NCBI GenBank assembly: GCA_039630575.1
Contig: JBCNUW010000001.1
Coordinates: forward strand, 120,473 to 184,472
From: Candidatus Hydrothermales bacterium
Lineage (GTDB): Bacteria > Hydrothermota > Hydrothermia > Hydrothermales > JAJRUZ01
Direction of reading: 5' to 3'
Length of the DNA stretch: 64,000 bases
The notes under the pieces were generated by a model. The model did not search any database and was not told the DNA's origin. It was given only the letters and a program-made list of their open reading frames with translations. Shown piece by piece: positions 40,304 through 49,655 of this stretch (position 1 is its first letter; each line of letters starts with the position of its first letter). The position numbers and the translations under genes were made by a program.

Positions 40304-42234
40304 AAAAAATTGCAATTTTGAGTTCTTTTATCTTTTTAGAGATTTTTGCACTTTCTTATCCTCATAATGACAACTCACCAATAAAAGATTGGGATGTAAA
40401 GTGTAAGTCTTGCCATAGTCCCCATAATGCTTTAGGACCTTATCTTGGTTTAGTCAATGGAAATTACAATATGTGTTATACATTATGTCACAATCCAAAT
40501 GGTGATGCAAAAAACTTTGTAATTGAAGAAAGCAAAAAGGCAATACCCGGAACAACTGGAATTCATCACGCTTTTAATGTTCCTGGAGACAACCAAGGCT
40601 ATGGAGCATCCACATCCTCAGCAGTTTATAAGAACTATTATCCGGGAACTGGCATCGATGCAAATAAGCTTATCTGTTCAACCTGTCATGAACAGCACAA
40701 TCACAATACTGGAAAACCTTTTCTTGTTGCTTCTAATCCTGAGATGATGTGCAGAGACTGTCATTCTCAAAGGGTTCAAAGTTCACGCCCCTTTACAACT
40801 CATCCAGTAGGTATTCCTATACCCTCATCTAATCCGAATTATGTAATACCACAAAACTTACCACTTGTTTATGAAAACCAAGTGGGTTGTATGACCTGTC
40901 ACGATGTTCATTTCGTCTATTCAGATACAAGTGTCTATGGAACTGCGACCTATGGCTCTAAAACATCTTTAACTGACAATACCAAAAACTGGCCAACTAA
41001 TATGTTTGTAGGGTGGGAAATAAAAATTTATCCAGCTGGAAATGATTCAGCAAACTGGTTTCAAATAAGAACAATTATATCGAATACTTTAAATACAGTC
41101 ACATGGTCAAATCCCCTCTATGGATCAGGGATAGTTCCTGGTAACAGGTATGTCATAAGGAAAAAAGGTTCTGGAAACGGTTATCTTCTTAACCAGGTGA
41201 TGCATAAATCTCCAACAAGTAATCTTTGTGGTCACTGCCATAGAAATTTTTCAATTACCGCCTCTCATTTTACAAACACAAACGCAAAGTGGCCAGGCGG
41301 TGAATATGGAACTGATTACGCTTACGTTGATGCTCTTGGAAATTTAGTACCTCCTGCAAGAAGAAGTAGTGCCAGCATAAAAGCAGCCTTACCGACTTCC
41401 TTAAGAAACTCTTGTTTCAACTGTCATTTTCCTCATGGCTGGAGAGATCCTGCAACTGGTTTCTATTATCCAAAACTTTTGGTTGATAGAGAAGAATTTT
41501 TATGTTTTACCTGTCATGATGCAACAGGACCTTCTTCTAAAAATGTCAAGTTAAAATTTGACAGAGCAACAAGATGGGTAACTGCTCCGGTAGGACCTAA
41601 TAACAATTTAAATCTAAACGATAGACACGATATACAAGATTTAGCTCAATCACGTTCAGGTGCTAAAATAGAATGCACTGATTGTCATGATCCTCATAGA
41701 GATAGTGGGTCAATGCCTCTAAAAAGGGATCCAGATCCAACAGATAGTAGAATACCAGGAACAGGTCAAATTTTACCTGGTGGAGACTTTCTTACTGAGT
41801 GGTGTCTTGATTGTCACGATGGTAGTTTTCCTCCAACCATAACCCCACCTACAAGGTCCCTTGTAAATATTAGAAATACATATATCAATAGTGATGTGCA
41901 TGGGCTTATTGTTGGCAATCCAAGATTGAAAGCAGGATACGGTTGGGCGAGTAATCAAATAGTACCATGTGTAGCTTGTCACGCAAGGAAACATATGTCT
42001 TTTAAAAATGATTTATTCCAACTTAAAGACACAGTCTTTTCAAGAGATGGAACAAGATCTATACCAGATGATGACGGACATAACGGTGATAGATATGATG
42101 TTTTAAATAACAACACTCTTGATACAGAAATAAATGGTTATGATTTTTGCAATACATGCCATACAAGAAGCATGGGAAGCAACAGGGAAAATTGTTTTGC
42201 ATCAGGCTGTCACCATCATGGAGATGATTTTTGA
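40300..42234 (+). CDS. Large secreted multiheme cytochrome c, 11 CXXCH plus CX3CH and CX4CH
   Basis: Signal peptide; CKSCH, CYTLCH, CSTCH, CRDCH, CMTCH, CGHCH, CFNCH, CFTCH, CTDCH, CLDCH, CVACH, CNTCH, CFASGCH. Confidence 0.92.
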   Translation: MKKIAILSSFIFLEIFALSYPHNDNSPIKDWDVKCKSCHSPHNALGPYLGLVNGNYNMCYTLCHNPNGDAKNFVIEESKKAIPGTTGIHHAFNVPGDNQGYGASTSSAVYKNYYPGTGIDANKLICSTCHEQHNHNTGKPFLVASNPEMMCRDCHSQRVQSSRPFTTHPVGIPIPSSNPNYVIPQNLPLVYENQVGCMTCHDVHFVYSDTSVYGTATYGSKTSLTDNTKNWPTNMFVGWEIKIYPAGNDSANWFQIRTIISNTLNTVTWSNPLYGSGIVPGNRYVIRKKGSGNGYLLNQVMHKSPTSNLCGHCHRNFSITASHFTNTNAKWPGGEYGTDYAYVDALGNLVPPARRSSASIKAALPTSLRNSCFNCHFPHGWRDPATGFYYPKLLVDREEFLCFTCHDATGPSSKNVKLKFDRATRWVTAPVGPNNNLNLNDRHDIQDLAQSRSGAKIECTDCHDPHRDSGSMPLKRDPDPTDSRIPGTGQILPGGDFLTEWCLDCHDGSFPPTITPPTRSLVNIRNTYINSDVHGLIVGNPRLKAGYGWASNQIVPCVACHARKHMSFKNDLFQLKDTVFSRDGTRSIPDDDGHNGDRYDVLNNNTLDTEINGYDFCNTCHTRSMGSNRENCFASGCHHHGDDF

Positions 42235-42821
42235 ACGAAAGAGTTTATAAATTTCTACTAAAACTTAGGGAAAAATCGATAGATATAGGTATAATGGCAT
42301 TACCTGAGGATTCTGCAAAGTTTTTATATTTTGTTACGAAAATCTACAATAAAGAAAATATAAAAATTGTTGAATTAGGTTCAGGTATTTTATATTCAGC
42401 ATTATGGATGCTCTGTGGAATTCTAAATTCAGGTAAAAATGGAAAAATTTACGCTGTAGAAAGAGAGGAAAAATATTCTAAAATGGGCTTTAACATAATT
42501 AACGAACTTTCTAAAATTTTAAATTTAAATGTTTTTGATATGTTAGAAATAGTTAATGAAGATGTGGTTAACTTAAGGGGTGACGAATTTGGTAACGATA
42601 TCGATATAATTTTCTTTGACATAGACAAAAAACTATATCTTAGAGCTCTAAAAAAATTTGAACCCTTTATAAAAAAGGGAGGATTAATAATAGCCCATAA
42701 TATACTTTCTCACAAAGAAGAGCTCTTAGATTTTATTGAGGAAATAAAAAATGAGGCAAAATATTTTACCTTAATACTTCAAACAGATCCTCAAGGTTTA
42801 TCAATATCGATTAAATTTTAA
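42231..42821 (+). CDS. SAM-dependent O-methyltransferase
   Basis: IVELGSGILYSALW, DIIFFDIDK, GGLIIAHN. Confidence 0.85.
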   Translation: MNERVYKFLLKLREKSIDIGIMALPEDSAKFLYFVTKIYNKENIKIVELGSGILYSALWMLCGILNSGKNGKIYAVEREEKYSKMGFNIINELSKILNLNVFDMLEIVNEDVVNLRGDEFGNDIDIIFFDIDKKLYLRALKKFEPFIKKGGLIIAHNILSHKEELLDFIEEIKNEAKYFTLILQTDPQGLSISIKF

Positions 42822-43822
42822 TCAAAAATTTTAGAAATTTCATCCTGACAAGAGTAAATTTTCTCCTTTTTACCCTCTTTTTTAACTAACCATTTTCCAG
42901 AATTTTTCTTTTTAAACTCACCTATTATACTATATTTAATTTTCTTTAAACTTAAAATTTCAACAACCTTTTGAACACCATCTCTTCTTACTGCTACAAG
43001 GATAGCTCCTGACGAAATTGTTTTTAAAGGGTCAATCCCAAAATACTTAAATATGTTTTCAGTTTCTTTCACAACTTTTATCTTATCTTCATAAACTATA
43101 ACGCCAAGATTTAAAAGTTCACAGAACTCGTAAATTCCATTCAAAATTCCGCCCTCGGTGGGATCATGAAGAGCAAGAACATTCTTATTCTCTAAAAGTA
43201 TTAAAGCTTCATTCATAATTCCTATTCCAGGTTTTCTGTGATAGTTTTTAAATTTGAATAATAGCTTTTCATCAACAAACTTCTTAAGCTCTTTTTCTTT
43301 TTCCTTAGCTATTATTGAAATCCCCTCAATAGGAACTTCCTTAACACATAGAAGATAATCTCCATCCTTTACAGGTTTCGGGAAAATTCCCAATTTTTTA
43401 TCTCTTAAACCTATCATTGTTCCGGATATTAAAAATTTTGTTAACCCTGGTGTTATTTCTGTGTGTCCTCCGATTACAGAAATTTTGTATTTTCTACACG
43501 ATGAGGAAACTTCTCTAAAAATATTTTTTATTTCTTTAATATCCTTTCCTTTAGGAATAAGTAATGTGAAAAGGTAAAATAGTGGTTTCGCTCCCATACA
43601 AAGAACATCATTCATATTAACCATTACAGAATAGTATCCTATCTCCCTTTCGGTAAAAGTGATTGGATCCTGAGTTATAACAGCAAAGTAACTTCCTACA
43701 TCGACAACAGAAGCATCTGCACCTGGACCTGGTTTTACTTTAACTTTGTTAGAACTGATAGGAATAATTTTAATAAGTTCTTTAAGTAAATCGATCGGTA
43801 ATTTACCTTCTTTTAATTCCAT
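42818..43822 (-). CDS. AIR synthase-related (PurM/HypE-like) protein
   Basis: GKLP, GPGADASV, DPIT, NMNDV, IGGHTE, LHDPTEGG, DPLKTISSG. Confidence 0.85.
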   Translation of the reverse strand: MELKEGKLPIDLLKELIKIIPISSNKVKVKPGPGADASVVDVGSYFAVITQDPITFTEREIGYYSVMVNMNDVLCMGAKPLFYLFTLLIPKGKDIKEIKNIFREVSSSCRKYKISVIGGHTEITPGLTKFLISGTMIGLRDKKLGIFPKPVKDGDYLLCVKEVPIEGISIIAKEKEKELKKFVDEKLLFKFKNYHRKPGIGIMNEALILLENKNVLALHDPTEGGILNGIYEFCELLNLGVIVYEDKIKVVKETENIFKYFGIDPLKTISSGAILVAVRRDGVQKVVEILSLKKIKYSIIGEFKKKNSGKWLVKKEGKKEKIYSCQDEISKIFD

Positions 43823-43828
43823 TAAAAA

Positions 43829-45109
43829 TTATAACTTTTTTAGAACAGAAGAAAACATAAAATCTGAGTCAAAATCAAAGCCCCTGCAGAAAAAATATTT
43901 CCCATTTTTAAAAGAATCTGAAAGTTTTGGTTCTATTAATTCAAAATTAAATTTTTTAAGCGCCTTTTCTATTTGATTTTCATTCTCCTCTTTTGTTATA
44001 GTGCACGTAATATAAAACAAGTAACCGCCTTTTTTGAGACACCTATAGGCATTTTCAATTAGTTTTTCTTGTAATTTTACAAGATCTTTTATCTTTTCTT
44101 GACTCATTCTTATTAAAATCTCTGGTTTTTTTCTTATCGTTCCAAGTCCAGAACAAGGTGCATCAATTATTATAAGATCAAAAAAAATTTTAGGAAAAAA
44201 CAAAGTTGCATCTGTATTCAAAACATAACCATTTATCTTATATTTTTTAAAATTTTCTTTTAACAAGTTAGCTCTAGCCTTTCTCAGTTCAGTTGCTAAA
44301 ATTTTTAAGTTATTTTTTAAAATAAAACTGAGATATAAACTTTTTCCACCTGGAGCTGCGGTCATATCCCAAACAGAAATTCCAGTATTAAAATCTTTAT
44401 AATGCATTACACTCTGAGAGGCAAAATCCTGAACATAATAAAGTTTTTCATCTAATCCCACTTCCCAAGGATGATAAAAACTTTTGTAAGCATAAGGAGG
44501 AAAGCTAAGTTTTGCCAAATAAAAACCTTTTTTAAAATATTCCTCCTCAATCTTACTTCTTAAAGCCTCTTCATCCTTTTCAAAATATACTCGAAAATAA
44601 AAAGGCGGATCTGAGTGAAACCACTTGCAAAAATCCAAAGCAAAACTATCTCCAAAATCCCTTTTTAATTTCTTATAAATCCATTTCGGTATAGAATAAT
44701 TAATCCAGTTTTCTTCAAATTGGGAAAAGCCCTTTCTTAAAACATTACGTAAAATTCCATTTACAAGCTTTGAAGCAGGGAAATTAAATCTTTTTGTAAT
44801 TTCTGTCCAAGAATCACAAACAGCATAGGGTTTTCTTTTTAATATCAAAAGTTCAGTAAGCGAGGCTCTTAAAATTGTTCTGACAGAAGGCTCAAGTTTT
44901 GAAAAATTTTTTTTGTAAAATAATTTTATTATATGATCAATAAAAATAAGATTTTTTACAGTTTCAAAACAGATTTTTTGTAGGAATTTTCTTTTTTTTA
45001 TATCAAGATTTCTCGAATGATAAACCAAAAGCGGAGATAAAAATTTATCCTCCTCTAATACTTTTTCTAAAATTTTATATGCTAAGACTCTTTCTTCAGT
45101 TATACTCAA
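43829..45109 (-). CDS. rsmB: 16S rRNA m5C967 methyltransferase RsmB/Sun
   Basis: NusB-like N-terminus, VQDFASQ, DMTAAPGGKS, DAPCSGLG, YITCT..EENE. Confidence 0.85.
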   Translation of the reverse strand: MSITEERVLAYKILEKVLEEDKFLSPLLVYHSRNLDIKKRKFLQKICFETVKNLIFIDHIIKLFYKKNFSKLEPSVRTILRASLTELLILKRKPYAVCDSWTEITKRFNFPASKLVNGILRNVLRKGFSQFEENWINYSIPKWIYKKLKRDFGDSFALDFCKWFHSDPPFYFRVYFEKDEEALRSKIEEEYFKKGFYLAKLSFPPYAYKSFYHPWEVGLDEKLYYVQDFASQSVMHYKDFNTGISVWDMTAAPGGKSLYLSFILKNNLKILATELRKARANLLKENFKKYKINGYVLNTDATLFFPKIFFDLIIIDAPCSGLGTIRKKPEILIRMSQEKIKDLVKLQEKLIENAYRCLKKGGYLFYITCTITKEENENQIEKALKKFNFELIEPKLSDSFKNGKYFFCRGFDFDSDFMFSSVLKKL

Positions 45110-45731
45110 AAACTTCCTTAAATTTATTTATGAATAAAGGGATTATATCCTCTAAATTAATTTCTCTATTGAGTTCTTTAGATAAATCAGTCATCTCTAC
45201 ATCAAGTCCACAAGGTCTTATTAGCTTGAAGAACGAAAGATCCATGTTAATATTAAAGGCTAGACCATGAAAGGTAACACCTTTCTTTACAGCAACTCCA
45301 ATTGAAGCAATTTTCTTTCCTCTAACAAAAACACCAATGTTTTTATTTAATCGTACTGCTTCAATTCCATACTCTTTTAAAACATTTTTAACAACCTCCT
45401 CCAAATTATGGACAAATTTTTTTATACTTTTAAACACTTCGTTAAGCTTTATAATTGGATAAGCTACAAGTTGACCAGGACCGTGAAAGGTTATATCACC
45501 CCCTCTTTCTATATGGTAAAGCATAATTCCCTTCATCTTAAGGAAATTTTCATCAACAAGAAGATTTTTCCTACTTCCTCTTGCTCCAATAGTATAAACA
45601 GGGAAGTGTTCACAAATTAAAAGTGTATCTCCAACAATGTCTTTGCTTCTTTTATCAACTAACTCTTTTTGAAAATCCCAAATCTCCTTGTAGTTCTTTA
45701 TTCCTAAGTTAAAAATTTCAATTTTTTTCAT
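45096..45731 (-). CDS. lipB: Lipoyl(octanoyl) transferase
   Basis: EHFPVYTIG, RGGDITFHGPGQLVAYPI, KIASIG, HGLAFN, IRPCG. Confidence 0.95.
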   Translation of the reverse strand: MKKIEIFNLGIKNYKEIWDFQKELVDKRSKDIVGDTLLICEHFPVYTIGARGSRKNLLVDENFLKMKGIMLYHIERGGDITFHGPGQLVAYPIIKLNEVFKSIKKFVHNLEEVVKNVLKEYGIEAVRLNKNIGVFVRGKKIASIGVAVKKGVTFHGLAFNINMDLSFFKLIRPCGLDVEMTDLSKELNREINLEDIIPLFINKFKEVFEYN

Positions 45732-45740
45732 AAAAAAGAT

Positions 45741-45803
45741 ATTTTAATTGAAATTTACTTTCCCTTCAAAATTAAATTATAATATTATTTGAGGTTGAAA
45801 TCC
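45741..45803. promoter_or_regulatory. Divergent promoter region with a T-loop-like variant motif
   Basis: Minus strand: TTGAAG(45769-45764)-N17-TAAAAT(45746-45741) for lipB. Plus strand: TATAAT(45778-45783), then GGTTGAAATCC(45793-45803). Confidence 0.5.
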
Positions 45804-45823
45804 CAATTTAAAATACTAAAATA

Positions 45824-48088
45824 ATGATCAACTTTTTTTTATCTTTATTTATTTTTACAGAAAATCTATCCATTTTACAGATATTTGTTACTTCAGAAAA
45901 TATAATACCAAACCTTTATAGGGAGGGACTTCAGGAAATAAAAAGGTATGACAGGAAAAAGGGAATTTTAGAGGGTGTTTGCGAGAAGAAAATTTTTGAA
46001 TATCTTGAAAAAAATAAAATTTATTACATCACAAAGATTCCTGATCTTGAAGATGATTTTAAAAATAAGATGCAGAATAAGATAAATTTTGGCCCCTATT
46101 ATACCTTTCAAGAGGCTGTTAATGAATTAAACAAAATACACAGTAACTTTCCCAACCTCACATCACCACCAATCAGTTACGGTGTCTCATGGGAGGGAAG
46201 AAATATTTATGCAATGAAAATTTCAGACAATCCCAACGAGAATGAAAATGAACCTGCAATTTTACTGACTGGTGTTCATCATGCAAGGGAACCTATAAGT
46301 TGTTCTATAGTGCTTGAATTCGCAAAATATTTACTTACCAAGTATGGAACTGATCCAGATGTTACATGGCTTGTGAATAACAGAGAGATATGGATTGTTC
46401 CTGTTATCAATCCAGACGGATATGTCTATAATGAAACCTATCCATCAGGGATGTGGAGGAAAAATAGAAGAAATAATGGAGGTTCCTTTGGCGTTGATTT
46501 AAACAGAAATTATGGATACATGTGGGGTTACGATGACGTTGGTTCATCTCCTGATCCATCTTCGGAGATCTATAGAGGCCCTTCTCCCTTTTCAGAGCCA
46601 GAGATAGGAGCAATTAGAACATTGTCCAATCAAGTTAAACCTGTAATTACTTTAAATTACCATTCCTATTCAAATCTTTTAATTTATCCGTGGGGATATG
46701 ACGACCTATATACACCTGATAACAATCTTTTCAAAGCTATGTGTGTTGAAATGACTTCAAAAAGTGGCTATGCTTACGGAACAGCTTGGGAACTTTTGTA
46801 TAACGCAAACGGAACCTCAGATGATTGGATGTATGGTGAACAAAACGAAAAACCAAAAATTTTAGCTTTTACTCCTGAGGTTGGAGAAAACTTTTGGCAG
46901 CCTGATACGAACATAATAATGGAACAAATAGGTGAAAATCTTCCCATGAACATGTTTGTTCTTAAAGCAGCAGGTCATTATGTGATAATTGATTCTCTAC
47001 ATTTTGTAGATCAGAATGGATCAGCTCATATTGATCCAGGAGATACTTTAAATCTTACTATATGGTTAAAAAATTTAGGAGTTAATGGAAATTTAACAAA
47101 TGTCAAGTTAATTTTAAAATCGACAGGTTCATGTGCTTACGTTATAGATACTCTTCTGAATTTTCCGGATATTCCTGCTTTTCCTGGTAATTCTGTTCAA
47201 AATCTTTCACCTTTTAAAATTGTTACTTACAATTCTTTCCCAGACAGTTCAGCAATTCCTTTTCTCCTTAAAATTCAGGGTAATCCTCTTTTTTTAAAAA
47301 CCGAAAGTTTTTATATAGAAAACGAGCGACCCCCTTATGTACTCTTTGAAGATGGTTTTGAAACAGGACTTTCAAATTGGGTTCAAGGAGGAACAAGCAC
47401 ACCTTGGCAAAGAACAACCTCTACCCGCTACTCTGGTATCTTCTCGCTCACCGATAGCCCCTCATCAAATTATTCTAATAACCAAAATACCTGGATAAGA
47501 ACTTTGAATCCTATTAATCTCAATTTAAATTTAGATACATTCAAACTATTATTTTGGGTTAAATATGAGATCGAATCTGGTTGGGATTTTGTACATGTTG
47601 AGATTTCTAATGACGGATCAACCTGGCATAAACTAATTTCATTCACAGGTTTGCAGACAAACTGGAAAAGGATAGAACTTGATCTAACTCCTTACAAGGG
47701 TAATCAGGTTTACATAAGATTTAGACTGGAAACAGATGTATACTTAACGGAGGATGGAATATATATTGATGATGTGAAAGTTATTGCTTATAGGAAACCA
47801 TATTTTGCAGTGTGTGAAGCCACCAAAATCGTTGAAAAAGGAAGTGATGTTTTAAGGGAAAGTGTATATCCTGAAATAAAGAACCTAAACAGTTTTCTCC
47901 TCAAGTCAAAGATTGACGAAGAGTACGAGATAGAGTTTTATGATGCTTCAGGAAAGAAACTTAGAAAAGAGAGAGTTTTCTTGAGGGAAGGAGAAAAATT
48001 TTATTTTAAACCAAAATTAAAAGGTCTTTACTTTTATATTATTGAAACAAAACATTTTCGAAAAACTGGTAAATTTGTGGTTAATTAG
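45824..48088 (+). CDS. Secreted M14 zinc carboxypeptidase (carboxypeptidase T-like) with accessory domains and a T9SS/FlgD-like CTD
   Basis: HHARE, WRKNRR, GVDLNRNY, HSYS, TPEVG; jelly-roll-like FEDGFE...YIDDV domain; CTD FYDASGKKL...GLYFY. Confidence 0.92.
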   Translation: MINFFLSLFIFTENLSILQIFVTSENIIPNLYREGLQEIKRYDRKKGILEGVCEKKIFEYLEKNKIYYITKIPDLEDDFKNKMQNKINFGPYYTFQEAVNELNKIHSNFPNLTSPPISYGVSWEGRNIYAMKISDNPNENENEPAILLTGVHHAREPISCSIVLEFAKYLLTKYGTDPDVTWLVNNREIWIVPVINPDGYVYNETYPSGMWRKNRRNNGGSFGVDLNRNYGYMWGYDDVGSSPDPSSEIYRGPSPFSEPEIGAIRTLSNQVKPVITLNYHSYSNLLIYPWGYDDLYTPDNNLFKAMCVEMTSKSGYAYGTAWELLYNANGTSDDWMYGEQNEKPKILAFTPEVGENFWQPDTNIIMEQIGENLPMNMFVLKAAGHYVIIDSLHFVDQNGSAHIDPGDTLNLTIWLKNLGVNGNLTNVKLILKSTGSCAYVIDTLLNFPDIPAFPGNSVQNLSPFKIVTYNSFPDSSAIPFLLKIQGNPLFLKTESFYIENERPPYVLFEDGFETGLSNWVQGGTSTPWQRTTSTRYSGIFSLTDSPSSNYSNNQNTWIRTLNPINLNLNLDTFKLLFWVKYEIESGWDFVHVEISNDGSTWHKLISFTGLQTNWKRIELDLTPYKGNQVYIRFRLETDVYLTEDGIYIDDVKVIAYRKPYFAVCEATKIVEKGSDVLRESVYPEIKNLNSFLLKSKIDEEYEIEFYDASGKKLRKERVFLREGEKFYFKPKLKGLYFYIIETKHFRKTGKFVVN

Positions 48089-48471
48089 TCATATGGAATT
48101 TTTATGTAATAGATAATTTCCTCAAATTTTTTAATTTCTAAATTGTATAGGAATTCAACTTTTATACCTCTGAATTTTAAATCTTTTAAATCGATAAAAT
48201 AAACAATTATAACTTTTTTATTATCTTCTGTAAGAAAGGAAGAATGATAACTTACCTTTATGTCCTTTTTATCTATTGATAGCAATTTGAGAATTTTAAT
48301 AAAAATATAGGAATTTTTTTCAATTTTTTTAGTTAAATCTTCTATCACTACTGGATTTTCATACTTAACAAGGTTTGTTCTTATATATCCTTCCTTTAAA
48401 ATGAACTTATCAAAATCGTAATGTTTAAGAAAAGAAAGTAAAAGTATTAAAAACTTAGAGAATTTTTTCAT
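48085..48471 (-). CDS. Hypothetical protein
   Basis: 128-aa ORF filling the gap; hydrophobic N-terminus; TATAAT 7 nt upstream. Confidence 0.55.
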   Translation of the reverse strand: MKKFSKFLILLLSFLKHYDFDKFILKEGYIRTNLVKYENPVVIEDLTKKIEKNSYIFIKILKLLSIDKKDIKVSYHSSFLTEDNKKVIIVYFIDLKDLKFRGIKVEFLYNLEIKKFEEIIYYIKIPYD

Positions 48472-48492
48472 TAGATAAATTATAATAGAAAG

Positions 48493-49641
48493 ATGAAAAT
48501 AAACAGAATTTATGATGTAATAGTAGTGGGAGCAGGACCAGCTGGAGGTTTTTCTTCTTTTAAACTTGCAGAAAAAGGGCTAAAAATACTTTTAATTGAG
48601 AAAAAGAAAATAATAGGTGAACCAGTTCAGTGTGGTGAGGGATTGTCAGAATATGCTTTAGAGGAAAACAAAATAAAAAAAGAAGAAATATACATAAACA
48701 GAAAAATAAAAGGATCTAAAACTTTTACTCCATCAGGATTTTATTTTATATTTCCAATTGAGGGCTATCTTATTAAAAGAAACAAATTTGACCAGTACCT
48801 TGCTGAAATCTCAAGTGAAAAAGGTACAGAAATAAAAAAAGATGAAATTGTTTTGTGTATCAATAAAATAAATAATTATTTTAAGGTAATTTCTAATAAG
48901 GACGAATATTATAGTAGATACGTTATTCTTGCAACTGGAACTCATAAGAAAATTCAGGGAATTAATTATCCTAAATTTAAGGAAATTACTGCTATTGAAT
49001 TTAGATTCAAAAAAAACAAAATAGATGATGAATACTTTCATTTTCATTTTGGTAATGACTTTAAACCTTTTTATGGATGGGTATTTTTTCATAATGAAGA
49101 GACAGGAATTGGATCAGGCTTTTATGGAAGAAAAAATACTATAAAAGCTATAGAAAAACTAACAAGATGCTATGAATTTAAAAAATTAGAAAAGATAAAA
49201 GTGGTAGCCGGAAGAATTCCTTTTTCAAAACCAGTTTTCCCAGATGATCCTGAGGGACTTTTAAGGGTTGGGGATTCAATCGGTGCAGTCCATCCTTTTA
49301 CAGCTGGGGGAATACATGGGGCTCTTACAACAGGCAGAATTGCTGCTGAAACTATTATCAAATTCTTTGAATCAAGAAATTTAAATAACATCTATTATAA
49401 AAAGTTAAAAAAAATCCCAATTTTTAAAAATTCTCTTTGGAATAAGCAGAGTAGGCTTTTTTCAAAAAATTCAAAAGAATGGGATGAGATAGGAAGACTG
49501 ATGAATAAAAGAATTTATAAAGAAATACCCTGGATAAGAGCATTTTTTTATTTGTTTTTTAATCCATTTTCTACATTTAATATTTTATTTTTTTTAAATT
49601 TGCAAAAAGCGTTTAAATTTTCAGAAAATTATTCTTATTAA
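48493..49641 (+). CDS. Geranylgeranyl reductase-family FAD-dependent oxidoreductase
   Basis: DVIVVGAGPAG, PVQCGEG, YGWVF, VGDSIG.VHPFTAGGI. Confidence 0.85.
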   Translation: MKINRIYDVIVVGAGPAGGFSSFKLAEKGLKILLIEKKKIIGEPVQCGEGLSEYALEENKIKKEEIYINRKIKGSKTFTPSGFYFIFPIEGYLIKRNKFDQYLAEISSEKGTEIKKDEIVLCINKINNYFKVISNKDEYYSRYVILATGTHKKIQGINYPKFKEITAIEFRFKKNKIDDEYFHFHFGNDFKPFYGWVFFHNEETGIGSGFYGRKNTIKAIEKLTRCYEFKKLEKIKVVAGRIPFSKPVFPDDPEGLLRVGDSIGAVHPFTAGGIHGALTTGRIAAETIIKFFESRNLNNIYYKKLKKIPIFKNSLWNKQSRLFSKNSKEWDEIGRLMNKRIYKEIPWIRAFFYLFFNPFSTFNILFFLNLQKAFKFSENYSY

Positions 49642-49655
49642 AAAGGAGATCTATT

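Noticed and set aside
42818..43822. hypE / hydrogenase maturation locus
   Set aside because: It lacks the C-terminal PRIC motif of HypE and no hydrogenase genes are nearby.
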